Positions 13,335 to 26,681 of a stretch of 64,000 nt of DNA are shown in pieces. The notes below the pieces were generated by a model. It was given only the letters and a program-made list of their open reading frames with translations, was not told the origin of the DNA and did no database searches. Source of the stretch: Eledone cirrhosa (lineage: Eukaryota); assembly GCA_964016885.1 (NCBI GenBank), contig CAXHJY010000079.1:62001-126000 (forward strand), written 5' to 3'. Within the stretch, counting starts at the first letter, position 1; each line of letters begins with the position of its first letter. Made by a program: the position numbers and the translations under genes.

Positions 13335-13690
13335 TGGCTGCTGCTACTGCTGCCCTTGCTGCTACTATTTCTGCTGCTGCTGCTGTTACTACTGCTGATG
13401 TTGCTACTATTGCTGCTGCTGCTGCTACTACTGCTGCTGCTGCTGTTGCTACTATTGCTGCTCCTGCTGCTGTGGCTACTATTGCTGCTGCTGCTGCTGT
13501 TGCTACTATTGCTGCTGCTGCTGTTGCTACTATCGCTGGTGCTGCTGCTGCTGTTGCTACTATTACTGCTGCTGCTACTATTGTTGCTGCTACTATTATT
13601 ATTGCTGTTACTATTGCTGCTACCATTGTTGCTGCTACTATTGCTGCTGCTCTGCTGCTGTTACTGCTGCTGTTACTGCTGCTGCTACCA
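13335..13690. repeat. (GCT/ACT)n trinucleotide microsatellite
   Basis: gctgctgct/actatt repeats. Confidence 0.9.
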
Positions 13691-14227
13691 ACTGTTTAGT
13701 AACTACAGAATCCTTCCTCTTCTCTAGTTTCTTACTTAGCCCCCACCCCCAGTCTCTCCAGTAGATCTCACATATGGAACATTGGGTCTGCTGACCCCCC
13801 CCTCCCCCCGGGTGTGTGGTGTGGGTGTGTGTGTGCCAATAGATCACCATACACAGTAGCAGCAACAACATATAGAACACCAGGTCAGTTCTAATCAGAG
13901 CTGATGTGGGTACGAGGTGTGGGGGGGGGACTACTGAACAACAACATCACCACCAACGACAGTAACAACAACAGTAACAACCATAACAGCAGTAACAACA
14001 ACATATCCACTTTTCCTGTCTAGAAGCAATACACACCAGCTCCCCCACCCCACACCAGCTCCCCCACCCCCACACCAGCTCGCCCACCCCACACCAGCTA
14101 CCCCACCCCACCACAAGTTAGTTACGCTCCATTAATCACCAGACACATTGTCGTCATAATGTTTAATGTATTGGAAGAAATAAACAAAAGATCATATTGT
14201 ATCAGCAAAGTTTAAATATGGCAGCTT

Positions 14228-14415
14228 GTAAATTATTAGACACTATCTCGAGTATATCTGTACATAGCAAACGACTAGACTATCTTGAGTATATCTGTAT
14301 ATGGGAAATTACTAGACACTGTCTCAAGTATATCTGTACACTGCAAATTACTAGACATTTTCTCAAGTATATTTCTATATAGTAAATTACAAGACACCAT
14401 CTGAAGTATATCTGC
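14228..14415. repeat. ~39-bp degenerate tandem repeat
   Basis: aaattactagacactgtctcaagtatatctgta repeated about 5 times. Confidence 0.7.
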
Positions 14416-14504
14416 CATGTTTATAGTTACTGTATATAGCAAGTATTGTTTGAAGAATTAATCAATTTATTAAACCTACGGAATAAAGAAAAAATATTAA
14501 TTAT

Positions 14505-15195
14505 TATTGGTAGAAGGTTAGACGCCACGCTTTGCAGCATAGAGTTACGCCCCTTTACGTTCTGAGTTCAAAACCCACCGAGGTTAGCTTTACCTTTTAT
14601 CGTTATGGGGGTCGATAAAATAAAGTACCAGTAATGCACTGAGGTCAATTTAATCTATTTTCCCTTCCCCCCAAATTGCTGGCCTTGTGACTAAAGTAGA
14701 AACAATTATTATTATTATTATTATTTGGGTGGTGTAGGGCGGTGGATTGGCAGTATCGGTAGAGGGTCAGACGCCATGCTTTGACGCATAGAGTTACGGC
14801 CCTTGCCATTCTGAGTTCAAATCCCGCCGAGGTTAACTTTGCCTTTCATCATTATGGGGTCGATAAAATAAAGTACCAGTAATGTACTGGGTATTTGCTG
14901 GCCTTGTGCCAAAAGTAGAAACAATTATTATTTGGGTGGTGGGTTGGCAGAATCGGTAGAGCATTGGAGACCATGCTTTGCAGCATAGAATTGTGGCTCT
15001 TTACTTTCTAATTTCAAATCCCGCTGAGATTAACTTTGCCTTTCATCTTTACGGGTGGGTGGGGGTGGGGGGTGGGGTGGGGGGGGTCTATAAAATAAAG
15101 TACCTGTATAAAGCCCGTTCTGGGGTTGGGGTTGATTTAATCAATGTTACCCTGCCCCCAAATTGTTGGCTCGGTGCCTAAATTAGAAATCATTA
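14505..15195 (+). mobile_element. Three tandem Deu/Nin-like SINE copies
   Basis: Three successive ggtagag..cgccatgctttgcagcatagagttacg..ctgagttcaaatcccgccgaggttaactttgcctttcat..taaaataaagtacc..agaaacaattattatt units. Confidence 0.75.
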
Positions 15196-15629
15196 TTTCA
15201 ATAATCAACATCATAATTGTTGTTGTAGAAATTATTATTATTATTATTTTTATGATTATAATCATAGTCAATTTTTGTTGACATGGTAACAGTACAATTA
15301 AATAATTGATTGCCCACTCCCCAATCAAGATATTTTACCTTAATTGATACGAAGATGATGATGAGATAATTAACCTAGATAGGAAATGAAGCGTTACAGA
15401 AGGCGACGGTGGAGCAGTGTCAACTAAGATTCAAGGCCTCACATTTTACACTTGATCAGCTTTTCTAACAATAGCTTTATTAGGATTATTATTAAAAGAA
15501 ATCATCAGAGATCGGAAGAATTGGTAGAGCGTAGGACAATGTGGTTTGTGGCATTTAACTAGAATAGATGTGGTCACCCTCTAACTCATGTGAGTATAGG
15601 AGAGGGATGTTAGATAGTGATGATAATGA

Positions 15630-16731
15630 TGGTTATATATATCATATATATATATATATCACATATATATATATATCATATATATATATATCACATATAT
15701 ATATATATTACATATATATATCACATATATATATCACATATATATATCACATATATATATCACATATATATATCACATATATATATCACATATATATATA
15801 TATATATCACATATATATATCACATATATATATCACATATATATATCACATATATATATCACATATATATATATATCACATATATATATCACATATATAT
15901 ATATATCACATATATATATCACATATATATATCACATATATATATCACATATATATATCACATATATATATCACATATATATATCACATATATATATATA
16001 TATCACATATATATATATATCACATATATATATATATCACATATATATATATATCACATATATATATCACATATATATATATATCACATATATATATTAC
16101 ATATATATATCACATATATATATATATATCACATATATATGTGATATATATATATATATATATATCACATATATATATATATATCACATATATATATATA
16201 TATATATCATATATATATATATCACACATATATATATATCACACATATATATATATCACACATATATATATATCACATATATATATATATCACATATATA
16301 TATATATCACATATATATATCACATATATATATCACATATATATATATATATCACATATATATATATCACATATATATATATCACATTTATATATATATA
16401 TATATCACATATATATATATATATATATATCACATATATATATATATCACATATATATATATATATATCACATATATATATATATCACATATATATATAT
16501 ATATCACATATATATATCACATATATATATATCACATATATATATCACATATATATATATATATATATATCACATATCATCATCATCATCATCTTCGTTT
16601 AACGTCCATTTTCCACGCTAGCATGGGTTAGACAATTACATGATTATATGTATACATATACATATATATATGATTATGTGTATACATATATATATGATTA
16701 TGTGTATACACATACATATGATTATGTGTAT

Positions 16732-16768
<37 letters not shown>

Positions 16769-16827
16769 AATATATGATTATATGTATACATATACATATG
16801 ATTATGTATATATATATATATATATAC

Positions 16828-16879
<52 letters not shown>

Positions 16880-16996
16880 CATCATTGTTTAATGTCCATC
16901 TTCCACGCTAGTATGGGTTAGACGGCTTTGTTCTATTTGATGTGAGAATGGTCAGGAGATCATGTCTCACTCGCACGGAATATACATACATACAAC

Positions 16997-17062
<66 letters not shown>

Positions 17063-17087
17063 CATACATACATACATATATATATAT

Positions 17088-17118
<31 letters not shown>

Positions 17119-17280
17119 CATATACATACATACATACATATATATATATATATGTATGGTTGTAACTGTGCATAATCCTTAATGTGAAATCTCGTTTTGT
17201 CCTTTATATATAGTCTAACCCATGCTAGCATGGAAGATAGACGTTAAACGATGATGATTATATATATATATATATATATA
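15630..17280. repeat. (TA)n / atatcac compound microsatellite with short RTE-tail fragments
   Basis: Long (TA)n punctuated by cac; includes RTE/SINE tail pieces such as ccacgctagcatgggttagac. Confidence 0.9.
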
Positions 17281-17282
17281 TA

Positions 17283-17477
17283 GTGGAGGGAAGCTGCAGT
17301 AGAGGTAGACCACGATAGACCTAGGCAGAGGTGGTAAGAGCTGATTTCAAATCACTGAGACTCACAGAAGAGATGATAAAAGAATGCAACAAGTGGAGAG
17401 ATGCTGTGCTGAAAAGGACCCGTCCAACCCATGCAAGTGTGGAAAACAGACATAAAAACATTGGTCAGGATGATATC
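17283..17477 (+). mobile_element. RTE LINE 3' fragment
   Basis: Translates VEGSCSRGRPR*T*AEVVRADFKSLRLTEEMIKECNKWRDAV followed by the cccatgcaagtgtggaa tail. Confidence 0.75.
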
Positions 17478-17656
17478 ATATATATATATATGTACAATAT
17501 TATTACAATATGATCCTCCCCAAGTATAACAATATATATATATGTGTGAGTGTGTGTGTGCGTCTGTGTGAGTGTGTGTGTGCGTCTGTGTGAGTGTGTG
17601 TGTGCGTATGTGTGAGTGTGTGTGTGCGTCTGTGTGTTTGTATGTATATATATATA

Positions 17657-17992
17657 TCATCATCATCATTTTATTTTACATCTGCTTAGTCCCTGCTTGC
17701 AAGAGTGGGACGGGAACTGATTTTGGCTTCATTTCTACAGCTGGATGCCCTTCCTAACACCAACCTCATTTACAGTGAGGGCTGGGTGCTTTTTTGCCGT
17801 GGCACCTCCACGACCACTTTGCAGTGGAATGATAGGGACCCCAGTCCTATCATCTCATTTCTACAGCTGAGTAAACTGGAGCAATGTGAAATAAAGTGTC
17901 TTGCTCAAGGAAACAACACATCACCCGGCCTGAGAATTGAACTCACAAGCTTTCGATTGCAAGGCCAATGCTCTAACCACTAAGGCATGTGC
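17657..17992 (-). mobile_element. tRNA-headed CORE-like SINE with RTE-type tail
   Basis: Minus strand has A-box-like gccttagtggttagagca, B-box-like gagttcaattc, CORE-like ccttgagcaagacacttta and a tail ending in gatgatgat. Confidence 0.75.
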
Positions 17993-18000
17993 ATATATAT

Positions 18001-18152
18001 GGACCAGGCGATGCGTTATATCCTTGAGCAAGACACTTTATTTCATGTTGCTCCTTCTACCTGGAGTTGCGACCGATAGATAGTATTAGCAATTGGAAAG
18101 ACCAACGGAAACATTGTTCCCTCGGTCCGATTTGACAAAAAAGTCGATCGTT

Positions 18153-18156
<4 letters not shown>
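18001..18156 (+). mobile_element. 5'-truncated SINE, same family as 61943-62164
   Basis: Near-identical reverse complement of 61943-62098; ends directly in (TA)n. Confidence 0.8.
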
Positions 18157-18210
<54 letters not shown>

Positions 18211-18294
18211 GTGGAGGTACATGGCTCCATGGTCGTCGGCCGTGGAGATGGACTTGAGTAGTTCTGACCCCTTCTAACAGTACTGCTTGTCCAC

Positions 18295-18332
<38 letters not shown>

Positions 18333-18335
<3 letters not shown>

Positions 18336-18850
18336 CCAATGAAGGGTCACTCTTTCCAAGTGCAGGGTAGAGTATATGATGTTTATGTTTGTAGAAGAAA
18401 GTGACATTGCAGCAAGATGTGGGTATTAAATGTTGAGGATATGCAAAGACTAGAAAAGAATGAATCAAACATGCTCTGTTGGATGTGTGATGTTTGGTGT
18501 GCATGAATGAGAAAACAGAGATGAGTTAAGAGAAAAACTCGGTAGAAGAAGAATGAGATATAAGAAGCAGAAGAGAAGATTGGTAGCTACATGTGTATGT
18601 TGATGATAGGGTGGAGGTATGTTGATGATAGGGTGGAGGTATGCCAGAAGTTCTGAGTTTTAAGAAGTCACAGAAGAGCAAAACAAGGGGAAGACATTGA
18701 GGTTGAGAGGGAAAAATAATCCTAACATGCTGAACCTTATAAAGAAGATAACAAAAGAAAACAGTAAAGTGAAGGGATAAAGTAGAGGAGGAGGACATGT
18801 CAAACCCATGCTAGGATGGAAATACTGATGTCATAATGATGATGATGGTG
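18333..18850 (+). mobile_element. Degraded RTE LINE 3' fragment
   Basis: Remnant translation QGRVYD...EDMQRLEKNESNMLCWMC...ELREKL parallels the C-terminus of the 58237 ORF; cccatgctagg..gatgatg tail. Confidence 0.7.
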
Positions 18851-18854
18851 ATAT

Positions 18855-19866
18855 ATGAGTGTGTATGTGTGTGAAAGAGAGAGTATGTGAGAGAGTGTGT
18901 ATGAGAAAGAGTGTGTGTGTGTGAGAGAATGTATGTGAGAGTCTATATATATATGTGAGAGTTTATATGTGTGCATGTGTATCCTTTACCAAAGTATATT
19001 GGCAGAGGATGTAAGTTAGCGGTGTATATGAGAGAGTGTATGTGTATATGTAAGACTGAGTGTGAGAGTGTATGTGTACATGTGAGAGTATATATATGTG
19101 AGAGGAGTGTGTGTGAGTGTGTGTGTATGTACATGTGAGAGTATATGTGTATGAGAGAGTGTATGAGAGTGTGTGTATGTACATGTGAGAGTATATATGT
19201 ACATGTGAGTGTGTGTATGTACATGAGAGAGAGTATATATATATATATGTGAGTGTGTGTGGGAGAGTGTATATGTACATGAGAGTGTGTGTATGTACAT
19301 GAGAGTGTGTGTATGTACATGAGAAAGAGTATATATATGTGAGAGAGTGTGTGTGTATGTACATGAGAGAGAGTATATATATGTGAGAGAGTGTGTGTGT
19401 GTCTATGTACATGTGAGAGTGTGTGTGTGTATGTACATGTGAGAGAGTGTGTGTGTATGCACATGTGAGAGAGTGTGTGTGTATGTACATGTGAGAGAGT
19501 GTGTGTGTATGTACATGTGAGAGTATATATATGTGAGAGAGTGTGTGTGTGTACATGTGAGAGAGTGTGTGTGTGTTTGTACATGTGAGAGTGTGTGTAT
19601 GTACATGTGAGAGTATATATATGAGAGAGTGTGTGTGTGTGTACATGTGAGAGAGTGTGTGTGTGTTTGTACATGTGAGAGTGTGTGTATGTACATGTGA
19701 GAGTATATATATGAGAGAGTGTGTGTGTGTACATGTGAGAGAGTGTGTGTGTGTTTGTACATGTGAGAGTGTGTGTATGTACATGTGAGAGTATATTTAT
19801 GTGAGAGAGTGTGTGTGTATCCTTTACCAAAGTATATTGGCAAAGGATGTAAGCTAGCGGTGTATA
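18855..19866. repeat. (GT/GA) compound minisatellite containing a duplicated ~52-bp unique segment
   Basis: gtacatgtgagagagtgtgt units; tatcctttaccaaagtatattggca.aggatgtaag.tagcggtgtata at ~18976 and ~19814. Confidence 0.85.
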
Positions 19867-20463
19867 CAGACGTGATATAAAGAACACAATATAGCAGAAC
19901 ATATGTAGTCTGATAGAAGAAAAGCTGTAAACATTTCCACACATTTAACAAGGAGATGAAAGGAACAGTAAGGGGTTATAGTGTAAAACATACAGTATAT
20001 AATATATGGAAGGGAAATAGGCTTATGTACCAAGAAAATATTGATTTCTCTTGTAATATTATAGAGGATGAAAATAAAGGCTGATTGATTTGAATTAATC
20101 CCACAATATAGGATAGGTGCTGCTCACTCGTTGACCTTGGAAAAAATGAAGGGGTTAAGATGACCCTAGTCGGGATTTGAACTCAGTTTTGAGATTGACA
20201 AAACTAAATTGTTGTAATTGTAGTGTAATGGTTGTATGGTTGTGTTTAGTTTAGTATACTATTGTTGTTGTAGAGATACCCTTGATGTTAACAATGGGAT
20301 ATAAGGGAGAGAGAGAGAAAGGGGAGGGGAGATAGAAAAAAAAAAATATATGTAGCTCCAGAGTCCAATCCAGGGTACCTATAGTAAAAAAAGTACTCAA
20401 TATACATTACTAGAGTATAAACGTCAAATTTAATATAATAGAAATGGCTTCTACAGGACCAGT

Positions 20464-20500
<37 letters not shown>

Positions 20501-20779
20501 ACCAATGTTGCCTCACGTGGGACAATTCCCGTCTAAACCCATGCTAGCGTGGAAGATAGATGTTAAATGACGATGATGATGATGATGATATATATATATA
20601 TATATAGAATAGGGTGAACATTCACTGGGGATGCTCATTTGCAGTATAAACTGGACTGGTCATAATTGGCATAGCACTAAGATAGCGTTAAGCATAATAG
20701 GAGTGTATATGAAAACACATACTTTGTCTGTATAAAATAAACATATGAGAGCCTCGCTAGCAAATGAGTGGTTAGTTAC

Positions 20780-21185
20780 AGTTGTGTGACATCAATGGTG
20801 TAACATGAGAGGTGTGACATGAGAGATATGACATGAATGGTCAGTTGCTGTGGTGTGACGTGTGCTGTTGTTGTGGTGTGACATGAGAGGTGTGACATGT
20901 GGTCAGTTGCTGTGGTGTGACATGAGAGGTGTGACATGTGGTCACTTGCTGTGGTGTGACATGAGAGGTGTGACATGTGATGTTGCTGTGGTGCGACATG
21001 AAAGGTGTGACGTGTGGTCAGTTGCTGTGGTGTGACATAAGAGGTGTGACATGAATGGTGTGACATGTGGTCAGTTGCTGTGGTGTGACATGAGGGGTGT
21101 GACATGTGATGTTGCTGTGGTGTGACATGAGCGGTGTGACATGAAATGTGTGGCATGTGTGGTCAGTTATTGTGGTGTGACATAA
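20780..21185. repeat. tgtgacatg-based minisatellite
   Basis: Repeated gttgctgtggtgtgacatgagaggtgtgacatgtggtca. Confidence 0.85.
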
Positions 21186-21239
21186 GTGAATGAATGAGGC
21201 ACCAACCATTCATTGTAACAAACTGTCAATAGATATATT

Positions 21240-22740
21240 TAGTATATAATAGTCGGTCTAATATAATAGTAGGTCTAATATATATTATAGTAGGTCTAAT
21301 ATATATTATAGTAGGTTTAATATATATAATAGTAGGTCTAATATATTATAGTAGGTTTAATATATATTATAGTAGGTCTAATATATATTATAGTAGGTCT
21401 AATATATATTATAGTAGGTTTAATATATATTATAGTAGGTCTAATATATATAATAGTAGGTTTAATATATATTATAGTAGGTCTAATATATTATAGTAGG
21501 TCTAATATATATTATAGTAGGTCTAATATATATTATAGTAGGTCTAATATATATTATAGTAAGTCTGATATATATTATAGTAGGTCTAATATATATTATA
21601 GTAAGTCTAATATATATTATAGTAGGTCTAATATATATTATAGTAAGTCTAATATATATTATAGTAAGTCTAATATATATTATAGTAGGTCTAATATATA
21701 TTATAGTAGGTCTAATATATATTATAGTAAGTCTAATATATATTATAGTAGGTCTAATATATATTATAGTAAGTCTAATATATATTATAGTAAGTCTAAT
21801 ATATATTATAGTAAGTCTAATATATATTATAGTAGGTCTAATATATATTATAGTAAGTCTAATATATATTATAGTAAGTCTAATATATATTATAGTAGGT
21901 CTAATATATATTATAGTAGGTCTAATATATATTATAGTAAGTCTAATATATATTATAGTAAGTCTAATATATATTATAGTAGGTCTAATATATATTATAG
22001 TAGGTCTAATATATATTATAGTAAGTCTAATATATATTATAGTAGGTCTAATATATATTATAGTAAGTCTAATATATATTATAGTAAGTCTGATATATAT
22101 TATAGTAAGTCTGATATATATTATAGTAGGTCTAATATATATTATAGTAAGTCTAATATATATTATAGTAAGTCTAATATATATTATAGTAAGTCTGATA
22201 TATATTATAGTAGGTATAATATATTATAGTAAGTCTAATATATATTATAGTAAGTCTAATATATATTATAGTAGGTCTAATATATATTATAGTAGGTCTA
22301 ATATATATAATAGTAGGTCTAATATATATTATAGTAAGTCTGATATATATTATAGTAGGTCTAATATATATTATAGTAAGTCTAATATATATTATAGTAG
22401 GTCTAATATATTATAGTAAGTCTAATATATATTATAGTAAGTCTAATATATATTATAGTAGGTCTAATATATATTATAGTAGGTCTAATATATATAATAG
22501 TAGGTCTAATATATATTATAGTAAGTCTGATATATATTATAGTAGGTCTAATATATATTATAGTAAGTCTAATATATATTATAGTAGGTCTAATATATTA
22601 TAGTAGGTCTAATATATTATAGTAGGTCTAATATATATTATAGTAGGTCTAATATATATTATAGTAGGTCTAATATATATTATAGTAAGTCTAATATATA
22701 TTATAGTAGGTCTAATATATATTATAGTAAGTCTGATATA
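21240..22740. repeat. 21-bp AT-rich minisatellite, ~70 copies
   Basis: Unit atagtaggtctaatatatatt (variant atagtaagtc). Confidence 0.95.
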
Positions 22741-23844
22741 ATTAAGATAAAATATGGTAGCCGTCATTCTTTGGAATCCTTCATGTCTTAGTTTTTTTCT
22801 ATAGCAGTAAAAATGTAGGGTAAGAAGATTAATACTTAAGGAATGTAGAGCAGCCATAATAGAAGAGATCTTAGATTAAATATGGAAGAAAGAGTGAAGA
22901 ATTGTTACTTCATCAACTTTAATCTTATTTCTGGAATTGGATAAGAATAAGTTGAGAATATGGCTGAACAATATAGAATGCAATTAGTAAGAAAAAGAAA
23001 AAGAAACTGAGCAATTAAAGATGAAAGGAAAGTATATTATTTGGTAGAGAGACTGACTGATATAGAGACTAGACAGTTGAATGTTGGAATCAAACAAATG
23101 AGACATGGACAACAACAACAACAACAACAACAACAAAGTCTATTTATTGTTCCCTTGTACTATGTTGGATATTTAACTATTCCTCACTAATCAGCCATAT
23201 TGGTGGATGTTTGGATGATTAATTAAATAGTTTGTTTTGTAAACATGAAGTCTCCAGTTTGACTTATCTCACGAAACCAGGATAAAGTTTAGCCTGAAGA
23301 ACCTCCAGGCTGAGGACTAACTTTAACTTCCTACCAGGGCTGGATTTAATGGGGGGTAAAGGGGGAAATTGTGTTCTGAATACTTGTGTGGTAGACATAC
23401 CACCTAGTAACTAGGTACTTTTAGTGAAGTACCCTAATGTTGAGTGCTAGACATACCACTACTACTACCACCATTACTACCACCACTACTACCACCACCA
23501 CTACTACCTGGTCACTAGGTACTTTTAGTGGGTGCACTAATGTTGAGTGGTAGACATACCACTACCATGTCACTGGGTACACTCTGCTGTTGCAAGCATT
23601 CAGGCCAGGGTTCCAGTTTGAGAATCATTTCCTCCCTACCCTTCAACCATCTCTGGTCAGGAAAAGAAGGGTAATGCTCACACAGATGGTAAAAATTACT
23701 CTCTGCTTATTCCCGTGTCTAAATCACACCTTTTCCCATGAAAATATGGTTGGGTTGCATGTAATACAAGTTGGGGGAAACACATGCGACTTATTTACTG
23801 GACCTACAAAAGCTCAGTTTAAAATATATGGTACATTATAAATA

Positions 23845-24055
23845 TTGTATTTAAAATGTAGGTGTGGCTTATACATGAGTATATGTTGTATTTAAAATAT
23901 AGGTGTGACTTATACACGAGTATATGTTGTATCTAAAATGTAGGTGTGACTGATACATGAGTATATATTGTATTTAAAATGTAGGTGTGACTTATACACG
24001 AGTATATGTTGTATCTGAAATGTAGGTGTGACTTATACATGAGTATATGTTGTAT
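23845..24055. repeat. 41-bp tandem repeat, 5 copies
   Basis: Unit aaaatgtaggtgtgacttatacatgagtatatgttgtattt. Confidence 0.85.
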
Positions 24056-24803
24056 TCCGAACTTAAAGTCAAAAGTCCCCCAGTTTAGAGGGAAGTCAAA
24101 CAAGTAGGTTATGCTTTAATGTTTTTTTTTTATCTTGAATTATTACAAGTAAAGTCAAACATTGCACTCCAGAAGAAAGATAAGCAATTATACTGTTTCA
24201 ATGTCTTTCAGTAGACCACCCCTACACCATTGCAACATATCGAGAAAAACAACAACAAAACAAACTATATAGCTATCCTTACTAAAGTAAAAACTACGTA
24301 GGATATTCCTCTCTATAGATTTGAAAGACAACCAAATCCCCTCCAACTTTCATAGCAGCTGTTTAATCTAACAGACATAAGCATCTGTTTCCTTCATAAA
24401 ACAATCTGTTTGACCCACTACTCCACTATATTCATTTCTTTAACTTCTTTTATGAACATGGAAAGTTTTTATTTACAATATTCTAGTTGCTATGTAATAA
24501 ATATTTTAAAAAACCTGATGTCTTTCATGATGTCATTACTACCAAAATATCCCCACTTGCTTTATGCGTGACCTGCACAATAAGCATCATGTTTTATTAT
24601 CATCACTGTATCATGCCCCCTTGCTTTATACTTTATCTATGGCCTTCACAATAACTATTATATTCTATTATCGTCCCTCTATCACATGTGCTATATTCAA
24701 AATTCAGAAATCAAACGACTCAGAAGTATCACAATCATTGTCCTCTGATGACAGATGTTTTCCAGTTAAAAATAATTATCAATGAAACAGGAATATTATT
24801 TAA

Positions 24804-25024
24804 CCCTTTAGCATTTAAACTGGCCATATCTTGGCAGAATTCTCTCACCTCTTTCTGTTCAAACTGGCTATAACTGGCCACTCATACTGACATTAAGGTA
24901 TTGTTCTCACAGTAAATAATATCAAAATCTCATAGATTCGATATTATGCGAGATAATTATGTAAGGTAAAGCCTTTACCACAAAAATACAATAGTATATA
25001 TAGAGTAATGTAAATACTAAAGGG
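24804..25024 (+). mobile_element. piggyBac-type MITE
   Basis: TTAA target duplication (24800-24803, 25025-25028), TIRs ccctttagcattta / taaatactaaaggg; second copy inverted at 32428-32633. Confidence 0.8.
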
Positions 25025-25422
25025 TTAAGTTGTAAAGCAGCAAGTTGACAAAGTTGTTAGAACATTGGAGAGAATGCTTTGCAGTATTGGTATTATGTAT
25101 TTCAGCTCTCTGGTCAACTTTGCCTTTCATCCTTTTAGAGATGATAAATTAGATATCTGACAAGTATTGTAGCCAATTCTTCTTCTCTCCATGTAATTTC
25201 TATGGAAGAAATCAGCTGTGTTCAGACCTGGAGTAGATTAGGCTTTAGCAGGTATAAAAGGTGAAAGTGAAGCTGTATGTCATGATGTCACCCTCCTGAT
25301 GGCACCCTTAAGAACTCATAAGGAGTTGTGAGCCTAAAGAAAGAAGGGAGGGAGTATTGTATGATGTTACTTCACTCTCCTTCTATGCTGTATTTTACTG
25401 ACATTATACATAGCCTCTGTGG

Positions 25423-25850
25423 GCTGGACATAGAGTAGGTCACAGCTGGACAGAGTAGGTCACAGCTGGACAGAGTAGGTCACAGCTGGACAGAGTAGGT
25501 CACAGCTGGACATAGAGCTGGACAGAGTAGGTCATAGCTGGACATAGAGTAGGTCACAGCTGGACATAGAGTAGGTCATAGCTGGACAGAGTAGGTCACA
25601 GCTGGACAGAGTAGGTCACAGCTGGACAGAGTAGGTCACAGCTGGACATAAAGCTGGACATAGAGTAGGTCATAGCTGGACAGAGTAGGTCACAGCTGGA
25701 CATAAAGCTGGACATAGAGTAGGTCATAGCTGGACAGAGTAGGTCATAGCTGGACATAGAGTAGATCACAGCTGGACATAGAGTAGATCACAGCTGGACA
25801 TAGAGCAGGTCACACCTAGACATAGAATGGGTCACAGCTAGACATAGAAT
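25423..25850. repeat. 20-22-bp minisatellite
   Basis: Unit gctggaca(ta)gagtaggtcaca. Confidence 0.9.
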
Positions 25851-26169
25851 AATTATATTACTGAATGTAATTTCCTAATATAAAACGATACATTTAGTAT
25901 GCTTGTTGAGTCAGTTTAGAGGAAATTACCTTAAAATTTATGGTAAAAAATAAAGATAACATCTTATTCAAATTGTAATTATATATAAACCCATGCTAGC
26001 GTGGAAGATAGATGTTAAACGATGATGATGATATGAATAGGTTAACCCCTTTGTTACCAATATGACTAAAACCAGCTCTGGTTCTATGAAATAAAGTCAC
26101 CAATTTTAAAAGTTTCCAATTTATATTAAAATTTTCCAACATGAAATGACTCAAAACAGTTTGAAAGTG

Positions 26170-26570
26170 TGGACCACAAGTGTGTCTATGGTCCATATAT
26201 GCTGTACCTATGGACCATAAGTGTACCCCTACTCCATACACAGTACAGCTATGGACCATAAGTGTACCCCTGGTCCATACACAGTGTACCTATGGACCAT
26301 ACGTGTACCCCTGCTCCATACACAGTGTACCTATGGACCATAAGTGTACCCCTGCTCCATACACAGTACACCTAGGACCACAAGTGTACCCCTGGTCCAT
26401 ACACAGTGTACCTATGGTCCATAAGTGTACCTCTGCTCCATACACAGTGTACCTATGGACCATAAGTGTACCCCTGCTCCATACAGTGTACCTATGGACC
26501 ATAAGTGTACCCCTTCTCCATACATAGTGTACCTATGGACCATAAGTGTACCCCTACTCCATAAGTGTGC
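26170..26570. repeat. 41-bp minisatellite just downstream of the plexin splice donor
   Basis: Unit tatggaccataagtgtacccctgctccatacacagtgtacc. Confidence 0.9.
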
Positions 26571-26681
26571 TGTGAGGTTTTGAGGTGATAATCAATGTTA
26601 AACATGAAGCTGTAAGAAAAACTATAATTCCAATAAATAATGTGTTGACACTAAAGAAAAGTAAAGAGAAAATATACTTAC

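Noticed and set aside
15568-16602. Long YI/HI-repeat ORFs (also 29988-30949, 52357-52926, 61486-63997)
   Set aside because: Translations of (TA)n microsatellites.
26622-26681. ORF-track C-terminal extension VSIFSLYF.. of the Sema exon (likewise 5233-5322)
   Set aside because: Read-through into the intron beyond strong gtaagt donors.
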